Assembly (NCBI GenBank): GCA_035500415.1
Contig: DATJXF010000033.1
Span: 1 to 59,052 of the forward strand
Source of the DNA: Candidatus Acidiferrales bacterium
Lineage (GTDB): Bacteria > Eisenbacteria > RBG-16-71-46
DNA length: 59,052 bases
Reading direction: 5' to 3'
Part shown: positions 1 through 9,866 of the stretch, in pieces
Layout of the letters: each line of letters opens with the position of its first letter
How positions within the stretch are numbered: the stretch's first letter is position 1
Position numbers and translations under genes: made by a program
Notes under the pieces: model-generated
The model's database searches: none
What the model was told of the DNA's origin: nothing
The model's input: the letters and a program-made list of their open reading frames with translations, nothing else

Positions 1-1229
1 TGGACGACGTTGGCGCGCCGATCGCTCAGCGCGAACAGCGTGAGCGTGTCGCCGTCGGCGATCGCGACGTCCTCGGCCGAGTCCGCGAGCACGCGTCCCA
101 GCGGAACGTCGACCGCGATGCGACCCTGGCCCGGCAGGCTGTCGCGCAACGCGGGCGGGACGATGCGGTCGATCTGCGCACGCGACAGCTCGGCGTCGGG
201 CAGCGGGCCGCCCGCGATCGAGAGCAGCGCACGGAGCTGCTCGCCCGCGCGCAGCTCGAAGAGCGCCGGCCGGCGAACGGGACCGCGCACGTTGACGCGG
301 CGCTCGGCCGCGGGCACGAACACCACGTCGCCGTTTTCGAGCCGCGGCATGCGGTCGGATGCGCCGCCCAGCACGACGTCGTAGAGATCGACCGAGGTCG
401 CGACCTGACCGCCGCGCAGGATGCGCACGTCGCGCAGCGAGCCGTCGCGCGTCGGGCCGCCCGCGGCGTAGAGCGCGTTCATCACGCGCGCGACCGAGCT
501 CATCGTGTAGCAGCCCGGCCGCACGACGTCGCCGAGCAGGAACACCTGGATGCTGCGCAGCCGCCCGAGCGAGACGCTCACGAACGTCGTCGAACGCCTG
601 CCGGCGGGCTTGAGCCCCGAGTAGACCCGTGCGAGCGCGGCGCGCAGGCGCACGCGCGCCTCCTCGAGCGTCAGGCCCTGGACGCTCACCTGACCGACGT
701 CGGGCAGCGCGAGGAGGCCCTCGCGGTCGACGGCGAGCGTGAGCGAGAGCTGGTCGTCACCCCAGAGCGTGAGCGCGATCTCGTCGCCGGGGCCGAGCGG
801 GTAGTCGGGATCGACGGGGCCGTAGGCGAGCGGTTCGAACGTGCTCGGCGACCAGTGGAACATCTCGAACCCGAACGGCTCGGGGGCCGCGTCCGCGGAC
901 GCCGGGCGCGCGAGCACGGTCGTGTCGGCGGGCGCGGCCGGCGGCGGAGGCGGCGGCACGGCCACCGGCGCGGTCGCAGCCGCGGGCGGAGCGTTCGTGT
1001 GACCGAGCTGCGCGAGCGCCGCGTCGATCGCGGCGTCCGATTCCCCTGCGTCGTGCAGCTTCTGCCGGATCTCGTCGGGCGACATCCCCGAGCCTGCGAT
1101 CGCGGCGCGCGCCTCGTCGGCCTGCGCCGGAGTGAGACTTCCGGTCTGCGAGCGCGCCTCGCGCCCCGCGAGGGTGAGCAGCATGGCCACGAGCGCGATC
1201 GTTCCGATGCAGCCGTTCTGGCGCTTCAA
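1..1229 (-). CDS. polysaccharide export protein, Wza-like (Poly_export + SLBB), C-terminus beyond left edge
   Basis: Absent from the ORF track because no stop lies in the window. My minus-strand translation reads MKRQNGCIGTIALVAMLLTLAG (signal-like) .. PDYPLGPGDEIALTLWGD .. LPDVGQVSVQGLTLEEARVRL .. LGDVVRPGCYTM .. LYAAGGPTRDGSLRDVRILRGG .. NGDVVFVP, typical of outer-membrane polysaccharide exporters. TTG 1229 is preceded by GGGGGG; ATG 1184 is an alternative start. Confidence 0.75.
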   Translation of the reverse strand, partial: MKRQNGCIGTIALVAMLLTLAGREARSQTGSLTPAQADEARAAIAGSGMSPDEIRQKLHDAGESDAAIDAALAQLGHTNAPPAAATAPVAVPPPPPPAAPADTTVLARPASADAAPEPFGFEMFHWSPSTFEPLAYGPVDPDYPLGPGDEIALTLWGDDQLSLTLAVDREGLLALPDVGQVSVQGLTLEEARVRLRAALARVYSGLKPAGRRSTTFVSVSLGRLRSIQVFLLGDVVRPGCYTMSSVARVMNALYAAGGPTRDGSLRDVRILRGGQVATSVDLYDVVLGGASDRMPRLENGDVVFVPAAERRVNVRGPVRRPALFELRAGEQLRALLSIAGGPLPDAELSRAQIDRIVPPALRDSLPGQGRIAVDVPLGRVLADSAEDVAIADGDTLTLFALSDRRANVV

Positions 1230-1430
1230 GCAACCCCCCAACGGCGTCCGCATCCGGCGGACGCAAGCAGGAATCACGAGCGATGCCCTCGGTGACGCGC
1301 GAGGCACGGCCGGGGGAGCCGGGGCGGCGCAAATCCCGGCGCCGAAAGGCGCGCGACGCCGGGGCTATCGGAAGCGCGCGCTGCGAACTTGAGTGCAAAA
1401 TGCGAATCTCCCGGATACCCGCCGGTGGAA

Positions 1431-2810
1431 ATGCCCCGACGGCCGCCGCTCCCGGAGGCTCGCGTGCCCCGCACCCGCACCCTGACGCTCCTCTTCGCCG
1501 TCAGCGCCGCACTCGTCACCGCGCTCACGGCGGTGCTCGCCTATCAGGGCCTGCGCCTCGCGTTCGTGCGCGAGTTCGATGCGCGCCTGGCGAAGGTCGC
1601 GACCATCGCCGCGTCGCAGGTGAGTCCCGAGGACGAGGCCGAGATCCGCAAGCTCGGCGCGGAGAGCGGCGGCTACTTCGCGCTGCAGGCCCAGCTCGAC
1701 ATGCTGCGCGCGGTGACGGGCTTCGAGAACCTCGCGCTCGTCGACCGCACCCGCGCGACGCTCTACGACGTGGAGCTCGGCGAGCAGGGGCTGCTCGAGC
1801 CGAGCCCCTACGATTCCCTTGCACACGGGGCGCTCGCGGCCGCGCTCGCGGGGCGCCCGACGTCCGCCTCGTTCCGGCGCGGTGCGAGCGAGTTCCGCGC
1901 CGCGTTCGCACCCGTGCGCGAGGGCCGCATCGTGACCGGAGTGCTCGTCGTCGAGGCGCACCCGTCGTGGGCGCCCGAGCTGCAGCAGCTGCGTCGACGT
2001 CTCGCGCTCATCGGGCTCGTCAGCGTGGCGGCGATCGCGGTGCTGACCGTCTTCCTGCTCCGCTCGACGACGCGCGAGATGTCGCTCGAGCGGCGGCTCA
2101 CGCGTTCGGAGAATCTCGCGGCGATGGGACGGCTGACCGCGACGCTCGCGCACGAGATCAAGAATCCGCTCGCCATCATCCGCGGCTCCGCCCGCCGGCT
2201 CGGCAAGCTCGAGCCCGAGGCGCAGCGCCTCGCGGACTCCGTGATCGAAGAGGTCGACCGGCTCGTGCGCACGGTGGGCCGCTACCTCCAGTTCGCGCGC
2301 GGCGACGGCGGCAGCAGCGAAACCGGCGACCTCGTCGCCGCGACCGTCGCCACGCTCGACCTGCTCGAAGGCGAGTTCCAGGCGCGGCACTGCGCGCTCG
2401 TGCGCTCGGGACTCGAAGGCATGGCGGCCGTGCGGCTCGATCCCGAGACGCTCAAGCAGGTCGGCTTGAACCTGGTGCTCAACGCGCTCGAAGTGCTGCC
2501 CGAAGGCGGTACGGTGCACGTCGGGCTTTCGCGCCGCGGCGCGCGCGTCGAGCTCTCGGTGCGCGACGACGGCCCCGGCATCCCGGCCGACGTGCTCCCG
2601 AGGCTCGGTCAGCCATTCTTCACGACCAAGGCGAAGGGCACGGGGCTCGGCCTGTTCCTCGTGCGCCGGCTGGTCGAGGGCGCCGGCGGCTCGCTCGCGC
2701 TCGCGAGCCCGCCCGAGGGCGGCGCCACGGTCACGATCACGCTGCCCGTGGTTGAATCACGCCCGCGCGTGGGCGATAACTCGCGTGGCACGCCGTCCCG
2801 GGGGACGTGA
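1431..2810 (+). CDS. sensor histidine kinase (HisKA + HATPase_c)
   Basis: ORF 1389..2810. H-box AMGRLTATLAHEIKNPL; ATPase boxes LNLVLNALE, DDGPGIP, GTGLGLFLVRRLV. Two N-terminal hydrophobic segments flank a roughly 170-aa periplasmic-like region. The start at ATG 1431 is uncertain. Confidence 0.85.
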   Translation: MPRRPPLPEARVPRTRTLTLLFAVSAALVTALTAVLAYQGLRLAFVREFDARLAKVATIAASQVSPEDEAEIRKLGAESGGYFALQAQLDMLRAVTGFENLALVDRTRATLYDVELGEQGLLEPSPYDSLAHGALAAALAGRPTSASFRRGASEFRAAFAPVREGRIVTGVLVVEAHPSWAPELQQLRRRLALIGLVSVAAIAVLTVFLLRSTTREMSLERRLTRSENLAAMGRLTATLAHEIKNPLAIIRGSARRLGKLEPEAQRLADSVIEEVDRLVRTVGRYLQFARGDGGSSETGDLVAATVATLDLLEGEFQARHCALVRSGLEGMAAVRLDPETLKQVGLNLVLNALEVLPEGGTVHVGLSRRGARVELSVRDDGPGIPADVLPRLGQPFFTTKAKGTGLGLFLVRRLVEGAGGSLALASPPEGGATVTITLPVVESRPRVGDNSRGTPSRGT

Positions 2811-2821
2811 GGAGCGATCGC

Positions 2822-4216
<1,395 letters not shown>

Positions 4217-4262
4217 GCCGCGGCGTCTCGCAGCGTCCGTCGACAGAGCCTAGGATGCGACC

Positions 4263-4925
4263 ATGAACGTGCTGCGCGGCTGGCTGCTCGATAACCTGGG
4301 CCTCAAGCTCCTCGCCCTGCTGCTCGCGGTGTTCGTCTACATCAACGTCGACACCGACCGGCCCGCGACGATGCTCGTCTCGTTCCCGCTCGATTTCGCC
4401 GACCTGCCCGACTCGCTGTCGCTCTCCGGACCAGCCCCCTCGGTCGTGCAGGCCGAGCTGCGCGGCACGGGCAAGCAGCTGATCCTGCTGCGCGTCAAGG
4501 AGCCGCGACTTCGCATCCCGATGGGCGGCGTCTCGCCCGGGCACTTCAGCCGCGCGCTCGTCGCGAGCGACCTGCCGCTGCCCGCGGGTGGCGGCATCGC
4601 GGTCGAGAACCTGGTCGGGCCGCGCGTCGTCGAGGTGGACGTCGACCGACGCGCGCATCGCGACGTGCCGGTCGCGGTGCGCGTCGAGGGCGCGCCGGCG
4701 GCGGGTTTCGCGTGGAACGGCGAGGCGCGGACCGAGCCCGCGATCGTCAGCGTGAGCGGGCCGCGCAAGGCGATCCTCGCGCTCGACTCGCTGCGCCTCT
4801 CGCCGGTGCGGATCGACGGAAAGCGCGACAGCGTGCGGGCCCAGGCCGGGCCGGCGGAGCTGCCCGACTGGTGCTCGGCCACACCGCCGGTCGTCCAGGT
4901 GAGGCTCGCGCTCGAGCATCACTGA
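4263..4925 (+). CDS. YbbR-like domain protein (membrane-anchored)
   Basis: N-terminal anchor NLGLKLLALLLAVFVYINV followed by beta-rich repeats (VVQAELRGTGKQL / AIVSVSGPRKAIL), resembling YbbR/CdaR-type proteins. Family call is from memory. Confidence 0.6.
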   Translation: MNVLRGWLLDNLGLKLLALLLAVFVYINVDTDRPATMLVSFPLDFADLPDSLSLSGPAPSVVQAELRGTGKQLILLRVKEPRLRIPMGGVSPGHFSRALVASDLPLPAGGGIAVENLVGPRVVEVDVDRRAHRDVPVAVRVEGAPAAGFAWNGEARTEPAIVSVSGPRKAILALDSLRLSPVRIDGKRDSVRAQAGPAELPDWCSATPPVVQVRLALEHH

Positions 4926-4961
4926 ACCGGGCGGGGCCTCGCGCGCCGCGCCGGATGGACG

Positions 4962-6107
4962 TCACTGCGGGCGCGACATCTCGCGGCGCATGGCGGGACG
5001 CTCGAAGTCGCTCGCCGGCTCCGAGGGCGTCTGCTTCGCCTGCTCGAGCGCCAGGCCGAGCCGCTGCCGGGTCGCGGGGTCCGTCGCCGCCGCGATCAAT
5101 GTCTGCACCGCCGCGACGTGCGCCTCGCGCAACGCGTCGCCCGCCGGCACGCCGTGCTCGGGTTTCACGCCGACGCCCTCCCAGTTCGTGTGCGTCTCCG
5201 GATTGATGGCGCGTCCGGTGGCGATGAAGGCGAAGAAGTGGTCGCCGAGCCGGAAGAAGCCGCCGGGATTGGCGGCGCCCGCCGTCGTCGCGCCGTAGAG
5301 CGTGCCGAGCTCGTGCGTCGGCACGTCGTAGCTGAACTCCTCGGCGGCCGAGCCCGTCATCGCGCTGGTCAGCACGTAGACCGGCTTGCCGTCCAGCCGG
5401 CGGCCCGGCACGGTCGGCGAGGTCCAGAACTGGACCGTGCGATCGCCGTCGCGCTGGTAGAAGTCGTTGATGTGGAGCCGTCCGCCCTCGGGGGTCAGGT
5501 AGGTGAGCAGCGTCTGGATCATCTCGGGCGAGCCGCCGCCGTTGCGCCGCAGATCGAAGATGATCGCATCGGTGTTGCCGAGGAAGTTCATCGCCGCGAT
5601 GGCGGTCGCCTGCGCATCCGGATCGCCCGAGAACGTGCGCAGGTCGACGTAGCCGACGTTGCCCGCGAGCCGCTGGACGCGCTCGAAGCCGAAATTGCGC
5701 GCGCGTTCCGCCTCGTGCGCGCGGCGGCGCTCGGCCTCGGGCAGCGAGTCGGCGCGCTGTTCCGGCAGCGGATCGTAGCGGTAGCCGCATCGCATGTGGA
5801 GATCGTGCGTCGAAGCCTGCATCTGCGCGAGGAGCGAATCCGCCAGCTCGCGCGAGCTCGCGATGCGGTCGAACGCGTGCGCCGCGAGCCGCCGGTGCAG
5901 CTCCCTGGCGAGCGCGGCGCCCTTGTCGGGAAAGACGTAATGACGCTGCACGGCATCCGCGAGCGACTCGACGACGGCGCTGCGGGTCGAGGCGTCGAGC
6001 GGGGTGTCGGGATCGTCGGGCGAGCCAGGCGCGAACTGGGCGCGTGCGGACGTGAACGGCACGACGAGGAGCGAGGCTGCGGCCAGGGCGAGCGCGACGT
6101 GTCTCAC
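4962..6107 (-). CDS. secreted S41-family serine peptidase (IRBP/tail-specific-protease-like)
   Basis: ORF 4962..6389 trimmed to GTG 6107, with GGAGG 6 nt upstream. Signal peptide VRHVALALAAASLLVVPFTSARA. S41 hallmarks IIFDLRRNGGGSPE and YVLTSAMTGSAAEEF. Confidence 0.75.
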   Translation of the reverse strand: MRHVALALAAASLLVVPFTSARAQFAPGSPDDPDTPLDASTRSAVVESLADAVQRHYVFPDKGAALARELHRRLAAHAFDRIASSRELADSLLAQMQASTHDLHMRCGYRYDPLPEQRADSLPEAERRRAHEAERARNFGFERVQRLAGNVGYVDLRTFSGDPDAQATAIAAMNFLGNTDAIIFDLRRNGGGSPEMIQTLLTYLTPEGGRLHINDFYQRDGDRTVQFWTSPTVPGRRLDGKPVYVLTSAMTGSAAEEFSYDVPTHELGTLYGATTAGAANPGGFFRLGDHFFAFIATGRAINPETHTNWEGVGVKPEHGVPAGDALREAHVAAVQTLIAAATDPATRQRLGLALEQAKQTPSEPASDFERPAMRREMSRPQ

Positions 6108-6197
6108 GGCGGACCTCCAGGTGGCGGACTCGAACGCGATTCCGGTCAGCTTGGACGGTTCGACTGCCTGGACGGTTTCGCCGGCTGCCGACGACGT

Positions 6198-6405
6198 CGC
6201 CCCGGCGCCGGGAGGCGCCGGGGCGAGGATGGAGGTCCGCGGGGCGCGAGCCGCGCTGGGGATGGCAGGCTCGGTTGGTAGGACGCGGCCCGCGCGTCCC
6301 GCACCTGGTGAGACGAGCAACGCAGGTGCCACGATGCCGCGCCTCGCGAACGAAGCCGAAACTCGGCCGCCCGCGCCGGGTTGCCACACCGGGCTTCGCC
6401 CGGTG
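6198..6405. other. cluster of four perfect GC-rich inverted repeats (hairpins) in non-coding spacer
   Basis: 6198-6225: CGCCCCGGCGCC-GGGA-GGCGCCGGGGCG (12-bp stem). 6281-6299: GGACGCG-GCCCG-CGCGTCC. 6301-6329: GCACCTG-N15-CAGGTGC. 6387-6405: CACCGGGC-TTC-GCCCGGTG. Coordinates were cross-checked against ORF-track starts. Confidence 0.6.
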
Positions 6406-6474
6406 CCGCCTCGCCCGCGAGCAAGCGCCTGCGATCCGCACCATCTCGCGCCCCGAAATGCACGCCGGCGCGTC

Positions 6475-6504
6475 TTGACACCCGCGCGAGGCGGCGCCTA
6501 AATT
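6475..6504 (+). promoter_or_regulatory. putative sigma70-type promoter of rho
   Basis: TTGACA (6475-6480), 18-nt spacer, TAAATT (6499-6504). These are unusually consensus-like, AT-containing hexamers for this GC-rich DNA, about 230 nt upstream of rho. Confidence 0.5.
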
Positions 6505-6540
6505 CCTGTGTCGGCTTCGAGCGCGTGCGGCGCGCACGGC

Positions 6541-6733
6541 CGGCCCCATCCACAAGCCCCTGCGGCACCCGGTTCGATTCCCCAGATCCGCACCCCGGAA
6601 TCCATTCCATCCGCGTCCACGCTTCCCGCGCTTCACCCATCCCACCGCCCGACCACCTCCTCCGCAGCCCGCTCAGGGCCTCCCCGCGGAGCCGGCGGCG
6701 GCCCCACACCACACCGATCAGGCGATCCCGCAC
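6541..6733 (+). promoter_or_regulatory. C-rich / G-poor rho leader (rut-like, candidate autoregulatory attenuator)
   Basis: Hand count of 6601-6660 gives 34 C versus 7 G in 60 nt. There is no credible ORF and no obvious SD before ATG 6734. Confidence 0.45.
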
Positions 6734-8038
6734 ATGGACACACCGGAAAGCCCCGCCACGCTGACCCCGCCCGCGCCGTCCGCGCACACGCTCGAGCTCA
6801 CGACGCTCAAGGGCAGGACGATGGCGGAGCTGCTCGCGCTCTGTCAGGAACTGCAGGTGCAGGGGACGAGCGGACTGCGCAAGCAGGAGCTGATCTTCAA
6901 GCTGCTCGAAGCGCAGACCGAGAAGAACGGACTCATCTTCGCCGAGGGCGTGCTCGAGATCCTGCCCGAAGGCTACGGCTTCCTGCGCTCGCCGACCTAC
7001 AACTACCTGCCCGGCCCGGACGACATCTACGTTTCGCCGTCGCAGATCAAGCGCTTCGACCTGCACACGGGCGACACGGTTTCGGGTCAGGTGCGGCCGC
7101 CCAAGGAGGGCGAGCGCTACTTCGCGCTGCTGCGCGTCGAGGCGATCAACTTCGAGAGCCCCGAGGCCGCGAAGGACAAAATCCTCTTCGACAGCCTGAC
7201 GCCGCTCTATCCGATCGAGAAGCTCAACCTCGAGACCAAGGACCGCTGTCTCGAGACGCGGATCATCGACCTGATCTCGCCGATCGGGAAGGGCCAGCGC
7301 GCGCTCATCACCTCGCCGCCCAAGGCCGGCAAGACGATCCTGCTCCAGAAACTCGCGAACGCGATCACCGAGAACCACCCCGAGGTGATGCTCATCGTGC
7401 TGCTCATCGACGAGCGCCCGGAAGAGGTCACCGACATGCAGCGCACGGTGAAGGGCGAGGTCGTCTCGAGCACCTTCGACGAGCCGGCCGAGCGTCACGT
7501 CCAGGTCGCCGACATGGTGATCGAGAAGGCGAAGCGGCTGGTCGAGCACCAGCGCGACGTCGTCATCCTGCTCGACTCGATCACCCGGCTCGCGCGCGCC
7601 CACAACACCGTCGTGCCGCATTCCGGCAAGATCCTCTCGGGCGGCGTCGACGCGAACGCGCTGCAGCGGCCCAAGCGTTTCTTCGGCTCCGCGCGTAACA
7701 TCGAGGCCGGCGGTTCGCTCACGATCGTCGCGACGGCGCTGATCGAGACGGGCTCGCGCATGGACGAGGTGATCTTCGAGGAGTTCAAGGGCACCGGGAA
7801 CTCCGAGCTCGTGCTCGACCGCAAGATCTCGGACAAGCGCATCTACCCGGCGATCGACATCAACCGCTCGGGGACACGCAAGGAGGAGCTGCTGCTCGCG
7901 CCGGACGTGCTCTCGCGCGTGTGGATCCTGCGCAAGTTCCTCAACGAATTGAACCCCGTCGAAGCGATGGAATTCCTCATCACCCGGATGAGCGATACCA
8001 AGACCAACCGGAAATTCCTCGAAAACATGAACTCCTGA
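6734..8038 (+). CDS. rho: transcription termination factor Rho
   Basis: 434 aa. Rho N-terminal/RNA-binding region ([28 protein letters not shown]), Walker [19 protein letters not shown], typical C-terminus [16 protein letters not shown]. Confidence 0.97.
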   Translation: MDTPESPATLTPPAPSAHTLELTTLKGRTMAELLALCQELQVQGTSGLRKQELIFKLLEAQTEKNGLIFAEGVLEILPEGYGFLRSPTYNYLPGPDDIYVSPSQIKRFDLHTGDTVSGQVRPPKEGERYFALLRVEAINFESPEAAKDKILFDSLTPLYPIEKLNLETKDRCLETRIIDLISPIGKGQRALITSPPKAGKTILLQKLANAITENHPEVMLIVLLIDERPEEVTDMQRTVKGEVVSSTFDEPAERHVQVADMVIEKAKRLVEHQRDVVILLDSITRLARAHNTVVPHSGKILSGGVDANALQRPKRFFGSARNIEAGGSLTIVATALIETGSRMDEVIFEEFKGTGNSELVLDRKISDKRIYPAIDINRSGTRKEELLLAPDVLSRVWILRKFLNELNPVEAMEFLITRMSDTKTNRKFLENMNS

Positions 8039-8064
8039 GCGGCTCCCGCACCCTCGGGGCAGGG

Positions 8065-9705
8065 ATGCCCGCCCACCGACCGCCGCCCTCGAACATGCTC
8101 GCGACCCGCACGAAGCCCATCCGCCGACTCGCCGTCATCGCGTTCGCCCTCGCCACGCTCACGCCCGCCGCGCACGCGGTACCCGCGCCGGCCGCGCCCG
8201 CGTCCGCGAGGCCGCCGGCATCGGCTCCGGTCGCGGGGGCGCGAGCGTCCGCTGCGAAGCTCCAGCTCCCACGCACGCTGACGTTCGACTTCGAGACGGC
8301 CGCCGACACGAACGCCGCGTGGCCCGCGGGCTGGCGGCGCGGCGGCAACGCACCGCAGGCCAGCGTGCGGCTCGAGGGCGAGGCGCACGGCGGCGCCCAC
8401 GCCGTGCGGCTCGAGATGAGCGATTCGAGTGGGTACGTCGCCATCGTCCACGACCTGCCGGAGAGCCTGCGTGCCGGCGTCGCCGCCCTGCGCCTCACGG
8501 GCTGGCTGCGTACCGACCACGCCGGCCGCGCCGGGCTGTGGATCCGCGTGAGCGGCACCGAGGGGCTCATCGCGTCCGACGAGATGGCGTCGTCGCCCGT
8601 GCGGGGTGACACGCCGTGGACGCGTTACACGATCACGGTTCCGCTCGCCGCCGATGCGCAGCTCGTCGCGTTCGGCGCGCTGCTGCGCGGCGGCGGAACG
8701 CTGCACGTCGACGACCTCGCGCTCACGCTCCTCGGCCGTGCCGAGCTGGCGCCGCCCTCTCACGCCGCGCTGGCCTACGCGACGATGGCCCTCGACACGC
8801 TCGAGCGCCGCTCGCTGTTCGTCGACGACATCAACTGGTCGCTGCTGCGCCAGCGCACGCTCGAGCAGATCGCCGGCGCACGCACCCCGGGCGACACCTA
8901 CGACGCGCTGCGCTACGCCACGCGCGCGTTCGATCCCGCCGGGCGCTTTCTTTCACCCGCCGAGGTGCGCATGCGCGACTCGCTCGCGGCGCACACCAGG
9001 CTGAGCACCGCCGAGCTCACGCGCGGCAAGTTCGCGTGGCCGAACTACGGATTCGTCGAGGTCGGGAGCTACGCGCGGCGCGACGTCGCGCACGCGGGCG
9101 AGATCGCCGACGACGTGCTCGACGCGCTCGCCCGGGTCGACACGTTGAACGTCTGCGCCTACATCGTCGATCTGCGCCACACGTCGGGGGGCGATCCGCT
9201 GCCGCTGCTCGCGGGCCTTGGTCCGCTCTTCGGTCCGGGCCCGCTCGGCGCGTTCGTTCCCGCGCACGATCCCCGGACGACGTGGCACTACCGGCCCGGC
9301 GAGTGCTTCATCGTCCGCGCCCCACGCGACACCGTGCGCGTGCGCACGCGCCGGGCGATCGCGCTGCGCGGCGAGAAGCTGCCGATCGCGGTTCTCGTCG
9401 GCAACGAGACCTCGGGCGCCGGCGAGGCGCTCGCGGCGGCGTTCCGCGGCCGGCCGCAGACCTGCCTCTTCGGCCAGCGAACGTCGGGCCACGCGAGCGC
9501 GATCCGCACCACCCGGCTGAGCGATGGCGCCGAGCTCGAGTACACGGCCGCGCGTTTCGCCGACCGCACCGGCCGCGCGAGCATGGGCACGATCGAGCCC
9601 GATTCGAGCGAGCTGTCGGTAACGCCCCCGGGGCAGACGATCGATCCCACGATGCAGGCCGCGCTCAACTGGCTGGCGAAACAGGCGGGCTGCCAGAAGC
9701 ACTGA
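8065..9705 (+). CDS. secreted S41-family peptidase with N-terminal beta-sandwich-like module
   Basis: ORF 7921..9705 trimmed to ATG 8065, just after the rho stop. Signal peptide ends ..ALATLTPAAHA. A roughly 190-aa module (GWLRTDHAGRAGLWIRV .. TLHVDDLAL) is followed by the S41 core YIVDLRHTSGGDP and AVLVGNETSGAGEALAAAF. Confidence 0.7.
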   Translation: MPAHRPPPSNMLATRTKPIRRLAVIAFALATLTPAAHAVPAPAAPASARPPASAPVAGARASAAKLQLPRTLTFDFETAADTNAAWPAGWRRGGNAPQASVRLEGEAHGGAHAVRLEMSDSSGYVAIVHDLPESLRAGVAALRLTGWLRTDHAGRAGLWIRVSGTEGLIASDEMASSPVRGDTPWTRYTITVPLAADAQLVAFGALLRGGGTLHVDDLALTLLGRAELAPPSHAALAYATMALDTLERRSLFVDDINWSLLRQRTLEQIAGARTPGDTYDALRYATRAFDPAGRFLSPAEVRMRDSLAAHTRLSTAELTRGKFAWPNYGFVEVGSYARRDVAHAGEIADDVLDALARVDTLNVCAYIVDLRHTSGGDPLPLLAGLGPLFGPGPLGAFVPAHDPRTTWHYRPGECFIVRAPRDTVRVRTRRAIALRGEKLPIAVLVGNETSGAGEALAAAFRGRPQTCLFGQRTSGHASAIRTTRLSDGAELEYTAARFADRTGRASMGTIEPDSSELSVTPPGQTIDPTMQAALNWLAKQAGCQKH

Positions 9706-9777
9706 AGCTCCGCACCGTCCGCGCGCTTCCGCCGCGGGCTCAAGCGTTCGCCGCGCCGCGCCGATGCCTCGCAGGCT

Positions 9778-9811
9778 GCCGCGGCCCTGCGGGTCACGGC
9801 GGGGCCGCGGC
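9778..9811 (+). terminator. GC-rich hairpin downstream of S41 gene (no U-tract)
   Basis: GCCGCGGCCC - 14-nt loop - GGGCCGCGGC, a perfect 10-bp stem 73 nt after the stop at 9705. No T-run follows, so an intrinsic-terminator role is uncertain. Confidence 0.35.
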
Positions 9812-9866
9812 ATGTGCGACGCGGCCATGAGCGCGAGCGCCCCACGTCAACTCCGAGGATGAGCGC

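Noticed and set aside
2786-2800. TGGCAC hexamers (also at 15246-15251, 15850 region, 18777 region) as possible sigma54 -24 elements.
   Set aside because: None is followed by GC/TTGC at the -12 spacing, and most lie inside coding sequence.
6121-6195. GGACTCGAAC-type sequence resembling the reverse complement of a tRNA 3' end.
   Set aside because: The reverse complement gives only a 3-bp T-stem. No 7-bp acceptor pairing or cloverleaf is possible.
6565-6590. GGTTCGATTCC, a tRNA T-loop-like motif in the rho leader.
   Set aside because: The flanking bases cannot form a T-stem (CCCGG versus CCCCA). No acceptor, D or anticodon arms can be drawn around it.
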